Under the pieces are notes generated by a model. The model ran no database searches. It was not told where the DNA came from and saw nothing but the letters and a program-made list of their open reading frames with translations. A program made the position numbers and the translations under genes. 64,000 bases of DNA from Planctomycetota bacterium (GTDB lineage Bacteria > Planctomycetota > UBA1135 > UBA2386), in NCBI GenBank assembly GCA_947501605.1, contig CANMWZ010000009.1, positions 32,001 through 96,000 of the forward strand. Direction: 5' to 3'. This document shows, piece after piece, positions 39,447-50,118 of this stretch; the first letter of the stretch is position 1; the number at the start of each line of letters is the position of its first letter.

Positions 39447-40623
39447 CGGCACCGAGTTCGACCGCCGTCTGCACGGCAGTCGGCACGTCGACGTCGCAAA
39501 GGTAGTAGGCGTGCGCCGCGAGCAGGAGTGCTCGCTGCTCCGGATCCGCAGAGACCACGAGCACGCGCGCGTTCACATCGCGTGGGATGGCGGCGTCCAA
39601 CGCTTCTGCTGCAGCTCGGTCCGGGATGCCTGCAGGCAGCGGCACATGGCTGTAGTGCTTGTGGTGTTCCTGCGCGGCTTTGCGAAGGTCCTCGCTCGGC
39701 GTCGGTGCGACATCGACGAAGTGCGTGAACGCCAACTGCGCATAGGTGGTGGCGACGAGGCCCTCGCCTTTGGGCCCCGAGGTCAGCCGACGGTCATGAG
39801 GGACTGGTCTGAGGTGGGTGATGGCATCGCCGATGGCATCCACATCCTCCCTCGATGGACCCGTGGAGGGTCTTTCGTGCACGAGTCCTGGCGAGACGCC
39901 GGCGAGTTCGCAGACCCGGTCGATCGTCGCTTCGTCGACGGAGCCAACGGGCAAGTAGGCGGCGAGGATGGTGGCGCGGCACGACTTCCGGAACTCCTGC
40001 ACGAGCTGGTCGACCAGCGTGCCGCGGAACGGCGCCAGCATGGCGCGCTGCCACATCGAAATGCCCTCTGCGGTCAATCCTGCCTCGAGCACGGCATCCG
40101 CAGCCTCTTCAAGGCAGTCAGTCGTCGGGAGCACGGCGACGAAGGCGGCTTGGTCGCGCAGGATCTGCGGCAGGGAAAGGGTCTCGTCGTCGCGCGGTAC
40201 GGCGAAGCTGCGGATGCGCATCGGCACCGCCTCGTCGATCTCGACCTCGCGCCCGTCGCTGGTCTTGGCTCTCTCGAACGGCACTCGCACATTGGTGGCC
40301 CCAGTCGCGCGAGCGTGCAGTTCGTTCATCGTCGTCGCGTAGGCCTCGAGCGGTTCGATCGGCAGCGGGTCGTCGAACTCCATGGCCAGCACCAGACCTC
40401 GACGAGGTTCTTTGCCGGTCGCCTCCTTCACTTGGTCGGCCAACTGCGCCACACAGTCGTGGAGATCCGCCGCGCTGTGCTCGCTTCGCGCGATGACGAT
40501 GCACCGCGGGCCGTAGAACACTTCACGATCGCCGTGCGAAGTGGGCAGTCCTGTCGGCGGCGCTGTGAACGGCGATGCCGCACAGGCGGCTAGGCATCCG
40601 ACAACGAACAGCACGCGTGTCAT
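39355..40623 (-). CDS. Lipoprotein with a C-terminal degenerate phosphatase/DUF442-like domain
   Basis: AAGGAG RBS; lipobox LAAC; C-terminal YSHVPL...VLVVSADPEQRALL. Overlaps the convergent gene by 92 bp. Confidence 0.6.
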   Translation of the reverse strand: MTRVLFVVGCLAACAASPFTAPPTGLPTSHGDREVFYGPRCIVIARSEHSAADLHDCVAQLADQVKEATGKEPRRGLVLAMEFDDPLPIEPLEAYATTMNELHARATGATNVRVPFERAKTSDGREVEIDEAVPMRIRSFAVPRDDETLSLPQILRDQAAFVAVLPTTDCLEEAADAVLEAGLTAEGISMWQRAMLAPFRGTLVDQLVQEFRKSCRATILAAYLPVGSVDEATIDRVCELAGVSPGLVHERPSTGPSREDVDAIGDAITHLRPVPHDRRLTSGPKGEGLVATTYAQLAFTHFVDVAPTPSEDLRKAAQEHHKHYSHVPLPAGIPDRAAAEALDAAIPRDVNARVLVVSADPEQRALLLAAHAYYLCDVDVPTAVQTAVELGAVSQMSAFAKALANSPRPIERPRSNQEPQPR

Positions 40624-40796
40624 TGTGCTCCTTGGTCACGTCCCCCGAGAGGCTCTCGAGTCGGCGTGTTCGCGATGCTAGCCCGGCGTGCTTCTGGATG
40701 CCCCACGGCACGTCCGCGAGTACAGAGTCCTGGCTGGGCCGAATGGACTCTGGGGGTCGGCTGGCCGCGAGCGCGGCCGCCACTCCCACAAGGAGG

Positions 40797-40824
40797 GAGC
40801 GCGTCACCTCGAGGCGACGCGCTC
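40797..40824 (-). terminator. Near-perfect palindrome just downstream of the 40839 gene
   Basis: gagcgcgtc-a-cctcgagg-c-gacgcgctc; no U-tract. Confidence 0.4.
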
Positions 40825-40838
40825 GACCTTCCCGCGAC

Positions 40839-42665
40839 TCAGAAGCCGACGGTCCACTGGTTCACGTTCGACGTGATCGCGCCAAGCGGATTGACCGGAG
40901 CGACCAGCGCAACCTGGCTGCGGAGCTGCACGCCGGCAATGAACACGTCCATCGGCACCGGCACGGACAGCGAACCCGTCGGCGAGCCCGGCAGGGTCGC
41001 GAGCGGGAACTCGCTGAGGAAGTCCGTGTACAGGAAGCAACCTGGAGCCATTCCTGGGCCAGCGAGCGAATCGACGGTGATCGCCAGCGTCTGGCTGCCG
41101 ATGATGAACGTCGCGAGGCCGATGTTGCTCGGCGGCGCACCGGCGAAGTTCATCGTCAGGGTCTGCCCAAGTGCCGCGCCGACACCGACGACCACGTGGG
41201 TGAGCGGCGTGCCGCCACCGGTCACGCGGACCGGGCCGACGATGTTGGCGACGCCAGCGGTTGCCAGATCGCTATTCGCCTGGTTGGTTGCCGGCGCCTG
41301 CGGGGCGATGCCGACGACCGGCGGGCTCGCGGTGACGACGCCCGTCAGTGTGCCGTAGGACAACGTGATGTTGCCGCTCGCGAGGGTCATCTCGATCTGG
41401 AACGTCTGGCTGCCAGCGCCCTGGAAGAGCGGCACGTTCTGCCACGTCGCCATGAAGCGCGTCGCGGTGTTTTCGACGTAGATCGGAGCCGTCGAGTTGT
41501 TCGGCACGAGGTCCTTCCAGTAGCCCGAGATGCGCGGCAACACCGAGGTATGGAACGTCGGCACCGACGCATTGACCTGCTGGAGTGCGGAGTTGCCGAG
41601 CCAGATGTAGCCGTTGCTGCTCAGGGTGATCTGCGAGATCGCCTGGTTGCCAAACTGGAAGGTGCTCGCGAGGGTGAAGTTGTGCAGCGTGTCGTCTGAG
41701 GCGCTCGGCAGAATGGCGCCGGACGTCGCATAGTTGGCATCGAGGCCAGGGCCCTGTGCCGTCGTGTAGCTGTCCGCCGTGCGGGCGAACAGGACACTGC
41801 TGTTGGCGAGGTCGATGGGCCGCGCGCCAGCCGTCGCCGTGAATGCCTCGTAGAGGGAGACGTTTGGCTCCGGGCAGCCAGTGCCCGAGGCGACCGGGGC
41901 TACGGCCATCGGGAAGATGGTGCCGCAGACAGGCAATGGGTTGCCGTTCGGCGTGTAGTTGATCGGCGGCGTCGTGTTGGGCGGCGCGTTCGGGACGAGA
42001 TTGACGATGCGACCGACCATGTCGAACGGCGAAACACCGACATTGCTCGTGAACACCTCGTAGGCCGTCGAATCGAGGGCGCTCGCGGGCAGCGTCGGCG
42101 ACCAGTTGACGGGGCTGGCCGGCGCGGTCGTGCCGCGGCTAAAGCCGACGATGTTGGTCACGTTCGGGATGTTGTGGGTGCCGGCGTAGTACAGATGGAT
42201 GCCGCCGGTCGAGGTCAGCACGCATTCCATGTTGGCGAAGATCGTGCTGCTGCCAAAGCGCGGGATGCCCTTCCAGATGATGTTGCATTGCGTCAGCGTC
42301 GTGTTGAAGAACACGCCGCCACCTGGAGGAATCACGGCGAAGTTGTCGGTGTCCCAATCACACCAATCGACGGCGATGCGAGCCGGGCGGGTGCGCAACT
42401 CGGCTTCCGTGGCCGAGAAGTCCGCGGGATCCACGACAGGAGCCGCGCCAAGCCAGATGAACCCGTTGGAACAAATGGTGATGAGGTTGGTCGAGCCGCC
42501 GTTGAACGGGAACGAGAACGGCAGCGCGACGGTGCGTACCGCATCGTCGGCGATCGGAAAGCCTGCGCCGGACGGTACGTTGGCGAACTGGAAGCACTGC
42601 GAGGTGGCGTCCTTGGCAAAAGCCAGTGCTGCCGCGGCAGTGACGAGGAACGAGATCTTCTTCAT
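40839..42665 (-). CDS. Secreted protein with two nidogen(NIDO)-like domains plus the shared C-terminal module
   Basis: Two copies of DD...L...F.F......I...SNG[FY]IWLG...RI...W.D; signal peptide. Confidence 0.78.
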   Translation of the reverse strand: MKKISFLVTAAAALAFAKDATSQCFQFANVPSGAGFPIADDAVRTVALPFSFPFNGGSTNLITICSNGFIWLGAAPVVDPADFSATEAELRTRPARIAVDWCDWDTDNFAVIPPGGGVFFNTTLTQCNIIWKGIPRFGSSTIFANMECVLTSTGGIHLYYAGTHNIPNVTNIVGFSRGTTAPASPVNWSPTLPASALDSTAYEVFTSNVGVSPFDMVGRIVNLVPNAPPNTTPPINYTPNGNPLPVCGTIFPMAVAPVASGTGCPEPNVSLYEAFTATAGARPIDLANSSVLFARTADSYTTAQGPGLDANYATSGAILPSASDDTLHNFTLASTFQFGNQAISQITLSSNGYIWLGNSALQQVNASVPTFHTSVLPRISGYWKDLVPNNSTAPIYVENTATRFMATWQNVPLFQGAGSQTFQIEMTLASGNITLSYGTLTGVVTASPPVVGIAPQAPATNQANSDLATAGVANIVGPVRVTGGGTPLTHVVVGVGAALGQTLTMNFAGAPPSNIGLATFIIGSQTLAITVDSLAGPGMAPGCFLYTDFLSEFPLATLPGSPTGSLSVPVPMDVFIAGVQLRSQVALVAPVNPLGAITSNVNQWTVGF

Positions 42666-42954
42666 GGGGAGACCGGGTGAGACCGGGTGAGACAAGCAAG
42701 CTCATCGGCACGCGTTCGCGTGCACCACGGGTGAGCAAGGGAGCGACAGGCTACATCTCGCTGGCAAGGTGCCTGGAAGCTCCGTGCCAACGAGCGAGCC
42801 GGCGCGTCGGGGGTTCATTCTGCAGCGCCGAAAACGCGGTCCCGGCGATCCGCCAGAATCGCCCGAGCTGGGCGCAAGAGCCAGTCGCGGAGGCTACGTG
42901 CTCGGCCAGTACACGTCGGCGGCGGCGCGCGCGGCGCGCACCGAGGCCTGCTTG

Positions 42955-44367
42955 CTACCCGTGCTTCTTCGGCACTTGGAAGATGTGCACAGCCATGTTG
43001 TGCACGGCTTCGGCCGCTTCCATCAACGCTTCGGGCAGCGTCGGGTGGGCGTGGATCGTCTGCGCGAGGTCGTTGACGGTCGCACCCATCTCGATTGCGA
43101 GCGCCGCTTCGGCGATGAGTTCGGTGACCTCGGGGCCGATCATGTGCACGCCGAGCAGCTTGTCGGTCTTGGCATCGCCGATGACCTTGACCCAGCCTTC
43201 GGTCTCGTTGAGCGACATGGCGCGACCCGAGGCGGCGAACGGGAACTTGCCTTCAACCGGCTCGAAGCCCGCCTTCTTGGCCTCTTCCATCGACAGGCCG
43301 ACCGACGCGATCTCGGGGTCGGTGAAGATCACCGCGGGGATGCACGCGGGGTCGTAGGCCGCACCCTTGTCGCCGCTGATTGCCGCCGCCGCGATGAGGC
43401 CTTCGTGGGAACCCTTGTGCGCCAGCATCGGCTGACCGGCGACGTCGCCGATCGCGTAGATGCCTTGCACGTGGGTCTGGCGCCGGTGGTCGACGGTGAT
43501 GAAGCCGCGCTCGTCGACCTTCACGCCGACGGCCTCGAGGCCGAGGCCCTTGCCGTTCGGCTTGCGGCCGACGCAGGACAGCACGACATCGCACTCGAAC
43601 GTCTGCGGCTTGCCTTCGACTTCGGCGGTGACCTCGATGCCGGTCTTGGTCTTCTTGAAGCCCGTGGCCTTGGTCTTCAGGAACACCTCGATCTTCTTCT
43701 TCTTGAGCGAGCGGCCCATCTCCTTGGACAACTCCTCTTCCATGCCCGGCAGCACGCGGTCCATGAATTCGAGCACGCGGATCTCGGTGCCGAGCTTGTG
43801 GTAGACGAGGCCAAGTTCGAGGCCGATGTAGCCGCCGCCGATGACGATCATGCGCTTGGGCAACTGCTTCGGTGCAAGCGCGTGCGTGCTCGACCAGACG
43901 CTGTCGCCGTCAAAGGCGAAGCCCGGCACTTCGATCGGGGTCGAGCCGGTAGCGATCACGAGATTCTTGGCTTCGAACGTCTTCGTGCCGTCCTTGCTGG
44001 TGACCTCGACCTTGTTCTTGCCGGTGACCATGGCATTGCCCATGTGCACGTCGACCTTGTGGTTCTTCAGCAGGCCGCCGACGCCCGAGGTCAGCTTGTT
44101 GACGATGCCGGCCTTCCACGCGACGAGCGCACCGACGTCGAGACCTTCGTACTTGGCCTTGATGCCCATCAGGTCGGCATGCTGGATCTTGTCGATCAGC
44201 TTGCTGGCGGCGATCAGGGCCTTGCTCGGGATGCAGCCGACGTTGAGGCAGACGCCGCCGAGGTTCTCCTTTTCCACGATCGCGGTCTTGAGACCGAGCT
44301 GGGCACAGCGGATGGCGCAGACGTAGCCGGCAGGGCCGGCGCCGAGGATCAAGACGTCGTAGGTCAT
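42955..44367 (-). CDS. lpdA: Dihydrolipoyl dehydrogenase
   Basis: GAGPAG, GGVCLNVGCIPSK, GGGYIGLE, HAHPTLPE. Confidence 0.97.
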   Translation of the reverse strand: MTYDVLILGAGPAGYVCAIRCAQLGLKTAIVEKENLGGVCLNVGCIPSKALIAASKLIDKIQHADLMGIKAKYEGLDVGALVAWKAGIVNKLTSGVGGLLKNHKVDVHMGNAMVTGKNKVEVTSKDGTKTFEAKNLVIATGSTPIEVPGFAFDGDSVWSSTHALAPKQLPKRMIVIGGGYIGLELGLVYHKLGTEIRVLEFMDRVLPGMEEELSKEMGRSLKKKKIEVFLKTKATGFKKTKTGIEVTAEVEGKPQTFECDVVLSCVGRKPNGKGLGLEAVGVKVDERGFITVDHRRQTHVQGIYAIGDVAGQPMLAHKGSHEGLIAAAAISGDKGAAYDPACIPAVIFTDPEIASVGLSMEEAKKAGFEPVEGKFPFAASGRAMSLNETEGWVKVIGDAKTDKLLGVHMIGPEVTELIAEAALAIEMGATVNDLAQTIHAHPTLPEALMEAAEAVHNMAVHIFQVPKKHG

Positions 44368-44513
44368 GGTTGGAGGGCGAGCAGGATACGACCGCAGGAA
44401 CCGCAGTAAAGGGCGGCGGCACAGCGGCGGGCGAGAACCGGAGCGGTAGGGGCCGCCAGTCTTCGCCGAGGCCTCATGCCGAGTTGCTCTGGGCCTCGTA
44501 CGCAGCGATTCGA

Positions 44514-45593
44514 ATGACCGTCATGCGCACGATCCTCACTGCTTGTCTGGGCCTGCTCGCCATGCCGATGTCGACCTGCGACCTCGCGGCGCAGGCAAAC
44601 GTCGCGGTCCTGCCCGCCGCTGCCGACACCACGCTCTACGAGGATGCTGCCGGCGCGTTCGCCAATGGCGCCGGGGAGGGGTTCTTCGTCGGGCTCATCG
44701 CCAGCGGGCTGAAGCGCCGCTCGCTGGTGCGGTTCGATCCCGCGGCTGCGATCCCCGCTGGGGCTCGCATCGTCTCGGTCGAACTCGTGGTGCAGGTCTC
44801 GCGCGGCTTCGCGCAGAACCTGGTTCCCGTCGCACTGCATCGCGTGACTTCGTCGTGGGCCGAGGGACCTTCCGATGCGACCCTGTTCCGCGAAGGTCAG
44901 GGCATTCTCGCGGTCGCCGGCGACAACACCTGGCTGCACCGGAGCTTTGCCACCTCGTTTTGGAATGCGCCCGGCGGCGACTATGACCCGGTTGCGAGCG
45001 GCGTGGGCTTCACGCCTCCGCTCGGTCGCGTGACGTTTGCCTCGACCAATGCGATGACGACCGACGTGCAGCAATGGCTCGATGCACCGGCGACCAACTT
45101 CGGCTGGCTCCTGCGCACCGACGAGTTGGTGCCGCAGGAAGCTCGCCGCTTCGAAAGCCGGACGACCAGCGTCGTCGGCACCAGCCCTGCCTTGATCGTC
45201 CGCTGGCTCGCGGCGGGCACGGCCACCAGTTTCGGCGTCGGTTGCGGCGCGCCGGTGCCCTCCCTCGCGGTGGCGGGCTCGTTCCAGGTCGGGGGCACGT
45301 TCACGTGCGTCGTCCAAGGCAACCCGTTCGCGGTCTCGATCCTGCTCTACGAACTGTCGTTGCAGCAGCCCGCACCCGAAGTCTTCCCTGGGTGCGCCTT
45401 CTACCTGCCGGTCTCCGCGGTATCGCCTGGGCTGCAGTTCCTCGATGGCGCCGGCCAGGCGAACACCAGCTTCGCCGTGCCGTCGTCGCCGGTCTTCGCC
45501 GGGCTCCCGCTCGCATTCCAGGCGGTCGTGTTCGATGCTTCTCAGCCGTTTGGAGTCGGGTTCACCAACGCGCTGTTGCTGGTGCTGCTGTGA
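44514..45593 (+). CDS. Secreted DNRLRE-like domain protein plus the shared C-terminal module
   Basis: DTTLYE, RRSLVRFD, WNAPGGDY, DVQQWLDAPATNFGWLL, FESR; signal peptide ending LAA-Q. Start 44514 or 44523. Confidence 0.78.
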   Translation: MTVMRTILTACLGLLAMPMSTCDLAAQANVAVLPAAADTTLYEDAAGAFANGAGEGFFVGLIASGLKRRSLVRFDPAAAIPAGARIVSVELVVQVSRGFAQNLVPVALHRVTSSWAEGPSDATLFREGQGILAVAGDNTWLHRSFATSFWNAPGGDYDPVASGVGFTPPLGRVTFASTNAMTTDVQQWLDAPATNFGWLLRTDELVPQEARRFESRTTSVVGTSPALIVRWLAAGTATSFGVGCGAPVPSLAVAGSFQVGGTFTCVVQGNPFAVSILLYELSLQQPAPEVFPGCAFYLPVSAVSPGLQFLDGAGQANTSFAVPSSPVFAGLPLAFQAVVFDASQPFGVGFTNALLLVLL

Positions 45594-45706
45594 CGGCCAC
45601 AGCGGCCCTCTGCTGACGCGGCGGCAGGGTGTAGTGCGCGGCCGGGACGACCATTTCGGCGAACTCGGAGACGTTCGCCCTCCGGTTCGTATCATCCCGC
45701 CTTCCG

Positions 45707-48064
45707 ATGGAACTCCGCGCCCGCTGGTTGTCCCTTCTTGTCCTCTTCGCTCTGTTGCCGGCCGCGCTTTCGGCCCAGGGTTCGGTCAAGCTCAGCGCTG
45801 CCTTCGAGCCCGCGAGCGCCAAGCCAGGGGACTCGGTGACGCTGAAGCTCACCGTCGAAGTGTCGCCCGGTTACCACGCCTACGGCACCAAGGAACCGAC
45901 CAACGTCCCGGTGTCGATCGACCCGTCGACGTGGCAGCTGGTGGGGCTCGAACTCGACGGCGCCGCCAAGATCCCGCCCGGCAACAAGGCCACCGCGTTC
46001 GGCCTCGACACCTACCCGTTGCCCGAGGTCTTCGTGGTGACGCAGGCGCTGAAGGTCAAGCAGGACGCGGCGGGAGAGATCGCCGCCAGCGCCACGTTCG
46101 GGTTCCAACTGTGCGACGAGAACGCCTGCGAGATGCCGAGCAGCGAGCCGTTCACGGCAAAACTGACGATCGCTGGCAGCGCCCCCTCCACGGCTGGCAA
46201 CGCAGTCTCCGTGCCCAGTGCAGGGGCGGCCCAGGACCCAAAGCCGAAGCCCGCGGCGAAGCAAAAGCGCTTCCGCTCCAAGGACGGGCGCATCACGATG
46301 ACAGTGGCCTGCACCCCGCAGCCAGCGCGCCCGGGCGAGTCGGTCACGCTCACGATCGAGGCCGAGGTCGAAGAGGGTTTTCACGCCTACGGCACCAAGG
46401 AGCCGACCAACCTGCCGGTCAAACTCGATGCGGCGAAGTGGCAGCTTCAAGGGATCGAGACCGATGGCGCGGCGGTGATCCCCCCGGGTGAGGAGGCTGA
46501 GGCCTTCGGCATCAAGACCTATCCGCTGCCGCACGAGTTTCGCGTCACCCAGAAGCTGCGGGTGAAGGCTGACCAGGCGGCGGGGACGGCGACGATCGAG
46601 GGCGAGTTTGGCTATCAGGTTTGCGACGAGAATGGCTGCGAGATGCCCCAGGTCGTCCCGTTTGCGATCGACCTGCCGATCGAAGCTGGCACCGCGCGTG
46701 CCGCGGCCCCGGCCGCGGCGCCGGTAGACGAGGACTCCGAGGACGGTTCGCTGTGGGCGCTCCTGCTCGCGTGCATCGGCGGCGGCCTGTTCGCCCTGGT
46801 CATGCCATGCACCTACCCGATGATCCCGATCACGTTCAGCTTCTTCACCAAACAGGCCGACGCGCGCGGCGGCAAGGTGATGTCGCTGGCGCTGGCCTAT
46901 GGCTTTGGCATCGTCGCGATGTTTGCGGCGATCGGCGCGCTGGCCTCGGCCCTGGGGGGCTACATCGTTCCGTTCGCCGCACACTGGGTCACCAACGCGG
47001 TGATCGGCACGGCCTTCGTGGTGTTCGGCCTGTCGCTGCTCGGCGTGATCACACTGCAGCCGCCGCGCTTCCTGACCGACGCCGCGGGTAAGTCGCGCAC
47101 GGTCGGCGGGCTCGTCGGCGTGTTGCTGATGGGGGCGACGCTGGTGATCAGTTCGTTCACGTGCACGGCGCCGGTGGTGGCGCTGTTGTTGGTGCCAGCG
47201 GTGCAGTCGGGCGAGGGCTTCCGGCCGATGCTCGGCATGGCCACGTTCGGCGCGACGATGGCGCTGCCGTTCGTGTTGCTGGCGCTGCTGCCAGGCCGGG
47301 TGAAGAAACTGCCGCGCTCGGGCGAATGGATGAACACCCTGAAGGTCTCGCTCGGCGTCGTCGAACTCGCCGCGGCATTGAAGTTCTTCAGCAACGCAGA
47401 GTACGTGCAGGACCTGCACGTGCTGCCGCGCGAGGTCTTCTTCGGGATCTGGATCGCTCTGTTCCTGGCCCTCGCCGTCTATCTGTGGGGCCTCGTGCCG
47501 CGCACGAAGGTCGGCAACGGTCGTCGCGTCGGTGGCTTGGCCAGCGCGTGGTTCGCGGCCTACTGCCTGTATGGCGCGCTTGGCTATCCGCTCGACTTCG
47601 TGATGAACGCGTTGGCGCCGGCCTACGGGGCGCGCGACATCTCGCGCCACGAACTCGTGGTCGACGACTACGAGAAGGCTCGCGCGTTGGCGCTCACGCA
47701 AGGCAAGCTCCTCTTGGTCAACATCACGGGATTCACCTGCGCCAACTGCCGCATGGTCGAGCGCGGGATCCTGCCGGCCTTGGCGATCGCTCCGATCCTC
47801 GAGCAACACTTCGTCGAAGCGCGCCTGCACATGGACAACGAGTCCGTGATCGAACCGACTCGATGGGCGCGACAGGTGAAGCTGCGCGACGAACTGGTGC
47901 AAGGCCGCGTCACGACGCCGATCTACTGCAGCGTCGACCCGAAGACCGGCAACCTGATCGTCGCGCACGTGCTCAAGGGCGGACCCGGTGCGTGGGAGCA
48001 GGGCTACCTCGCGTTCTTGACCCAGTCGCTCGCGGCCTCGGGTCGGTCCATGGCGACGAAGTGA
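45707..48064 (+). CDS. dsbD: Protein-disulfide reductase DsbD-like (two DsbD-alpha domains, TM domain, thioredoxin domain)
   Basis: CDENAC and CDENGC; PCTYPMIP...SFTCTAP; TCANCR. Confidence 0.85.
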   Translation: MELRARWLSLLVLFALLPAALSAQGSVKLSAAFEPASAKPGDSVTLKLTVEVSPGYHAYGTKEPTNVPVSIDPSTWQLVGLELDGAAKIPPGNKATAFGLDTYPLPEVFVVTQALKVKQDAAGEIAASATFGFQLCDENACEMPSSEPFTAKLTIAGSAPSTAGNAVSVPSAGAAQDPKPKPAAKQKRFRSKDGRITMTVACTPQPARPGESVTLTIEAEVEEGFHAYGTKEPTNLPVKLDAAKWQLQGIETDGAAVIPPGEEAEAFGIKTYPLPHEFRVTQKLRVKADQAAGTATIEGEFGYQVCDENGCEMPQVVPFAIDLPIEAGTARAAAPAAAPVDEDSEDGSLWALLLACIGGGLFALVMPCTYPMIPITFSFFTKQADARGGKVMSLALAYGFGIVAMFAAIGALASALGGYIVPFAAHWVTNAVIGTAFVVFGLSLLGVITLQPPRFLTDAAGKSRTVGGLVGVLLMGATLVISSFTCTAPVVALLLVPAVQSGEGFRPMLGMATFGATMALPFVLLALLPGRVKKLPRSGEWMNTLKVSLGVVELAAALKFFSNAEYVQDLHVLPREVFFGIWIALFLALAVYLWGLVPRTKVGNGRRVGGLASAWFAAYCLYGALGYPLDFVMNALAPAYGARDISRHELVVDDYEKARALALTQGKLLLVNITGFTCANCRMVERGILPALAIAPILEQHFVEARLHMDNESVIEPTRWARQVKLRDELVQGRVTTPIYCSVDPKTGNLIVAHVLKGGPGAWEQGYLAFLTQSLAASGRSMATK

Positions 48065-48199
48065 CGCGAGCCGGCGAGGCGAATGCCGTGCGCGTCCGAA
48101 TGCTGCGGACGCGACGTATCGATCCTGTACCTGCGCCGGCGATTCGCGGCTTTTGTCGGCAAGCCACCTAAGTTCTTCCTCCCTGCTGTTCCACCGCCC

Positions 48200-50038
48200 A
48201 TGAAACCAAACCTAGGTCTAGCTGCGCGCCTCTTCGCTGCAGCTGCTCTCGCCTCGATCTCTCCCGTTGTGCTCGCCCAGGCCGAGCCCGCGCTGTTGCA
48301 GCAGGGTGCCAAAGCTCCTGACTTCGTCAGCCTCACACTCGCGGGCAAAGAAGTGCGGCTCGCCGACTACGCCGGCAAGGTCGTGGTGCTCGACTTCTGG
48401 GCGACGTGGTGCGGACCGTGCATCGCCTCGTTCCCACATGTCGAGGCGGTGGCCAAGGCACATCAGAACGACGGCGTCGTCGTGCTCGCGGTGTGCACCA
48501 GCGACACCCGCGCGAAGTTCGAGGAGTGGGTCAAGACGAAGGGTGCCGAGTACCCGAACCTTGTGTTCACCTGCGATCCCAAGGAACGCGGTTCGGACGA
48601 GTTCGAGCAGCGCGCATCGCAAGCGCTCTACCACGTGAAGGGCATCCCGACGAAGTTCGTCATCGGCAAGGACGGCATCATCGCGATGGCGATGGTCGGC
48701 CACACCGACGACGACGCGCGGCTCGAAGCCGGGCTCGCTCGCGCTGGCATTCAGGTCGAGGTTGCGACCAAGGCACGCGGCGAGGAGCAGGCTGCGGCAA
48801 GCGCCGCCAAGGCCGCCGCCGAAGCGAAGCGACTCGCTGACAACCCGCCGCCGCCGTTCTACCCGACGTTTGGTTCGATCAAGCACGGCGAGCCGATGCC
48901 GGACTTCACGTTGGTCGGCACCGATGGCAAGGAGTTCACCCTGTCGTCATTGCGCGGCAAGCACGTCGTCATCGGCTGGGGCTGGGAAGATGCGCTGCCC
49001 CGGCAGGTGCTCAACGAGATCCAGACCACCTACGCGGCCTACGGCGTGCAGTGCGTCGGCGCGATGGTGATGACCGATCGGACGACCTACGACTCGTGGC
49101 TGCAGAAGTACAAGGCGGATCTGAAGTTCCAGATGGGCTACGACCCAGCGGGCAAAGCCACCGACGCGAGCGGCGCCACCACCGACGAATCGCGCGCCGC
49201 GTGGGACAAGGTCGCGGTGATCCGCAAGTTCTTCAAGGGCAACATGCTGCCGGCGATGCCGGCGTTCGTCGCCTGCGACCAGGACGGCGAGATGCTCGGC
49301 AGCTTCTCGGGGCGCAACTGGCAGGAAGCGATGGGCAATCTGTTGCTGCGGTCCGGGGTCCCGCTCGAGGCCGCGCACCGGCCGAAGGTCGTGGTCAAGC
49401 CGGAGGCCTTCGTGGTGCCGGCTCCGCGCGCACCCGAAGCCAAGGTCGAACGGATCGAGGTAGGCGCGATGGCGCCCGACTTCGCGATGGTCACGACCGA
49501 CGGCAAGGCAATGAAGCTGTCCGACTACCGCGGCAAGATCGTCGTGCTCGACTTCTGGGCGACGTGGTGTGGACCGTGTGTGGCGGCGATGCCGCACGTG
49601 CAGGAGCTCGCCGATCATTACCGCGACCAGGGTGTCGTGGTGCTCGCATCGTGCACCAGCGACGAGCGCAAGAAGTTCGACGACTGGGTGGCGCAGCGCA
49701 CGCAGGAGTTCCCCGACGTGGTGTTCGCGATCGATCCGCAGGAGAAGAGCCAAGAGCGCGCGTCGCGCAAGCTCTACGGCGTGAGCGGCATCCCGCAGCA
49801 GTTCGTCATCGACAAGGACGGCAAGATCGTCGCCGAGGTCTCCGGCTACATGAAGGGCGAGGTGCTGCTCGACGCGGCGTTGGCCAAGGCCGGGGTGAAG
49901 GTCGAGGACGCTGTGCTGGAGCAGGCGAAGAAGGACCAGTCCGGGCGCGATGCGCGCAAGAGCGAGTCGAAGCCGGCGATGCCGTTGAAGGCGCCAGGGT
50001 CCGTGCCGATGAAGCCGCTGACGCCCGGCGGCGGCTGA
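48200..50038 (+). CDS. Secreted TlpA/redoxin with three thioredoxin-fold domains
   Basis: DFWATWCGPC in domains 1 and 3; the middle domain lacks CxxC; signal peptide. Confidence 0.88.
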   Translation: MKPNLGLAARLFAAAALASISPVVLAQAEPALLQQGAKAPDFVSLTLAGKEVRLADYAGKVVVLDFWATWCGPCIASFPHVEAVAKAHQNDGVVVLAVCTSDTRAKFEEWVKTKGAEYPNLVFTCDPKERGSDEFEQRASQALYHVKGIPTKFVIGKDGIIAMAMVGHTDDDARLEAGLARAGIQVEVATKARGEEQAAASAAKAAAEAKRLADNPPPPFYPTFGSIKHGEPMPDFTLVGTDGKEFTLSSLRGKHVVIGWGWEDALPRQVLNEIQTTYAAYGVQCVGAMVMTDRTTYDSWLQKYKADLKFQMGYDPAGKATDASGATTDESRAAWDKVAVIRKFFKGNMLPAMPAFVACDQDGEMLGSFSGRNWQEAMGNLLLRSGVPLEAAHRPKVVVKPEAFVVPAPRAPEAKVERIEVGAMAPDFAMVTTDGKAMKLSDYRGKIVVLDFWATWCGPCVAAMPHVQELADHYRDQGVVVLASCTSDERKKFDDWVAQRTQEFPDVVFAIDPQEKSQERASRKLYGVSGIPQQFVIDKDGKIVAEVSGYMKGEVLLDAALAKAGVKVEDAVLEQAKKDQSGRDARKSESKPAMPLKAPGSVPMKPLTPGGG

Positions 50039-50118
50039 GAACGGGCGGCGGTCCCTGCCGCTACCTGCCGTCGCCTTCCATCCCGGCGTTTCCCCGCGGC
50101 AGGCGTCTTCTCCGCAGG

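Noticed and set aside
42775..42790. TTGGCACGGAGCTTCC upstream of the 40839 gene as a sigma54 promoter
   Set aside because: The -24 box is perfect but -12 reads TTCC rather than TTGC. Possible, but not supportable from sequence alone.
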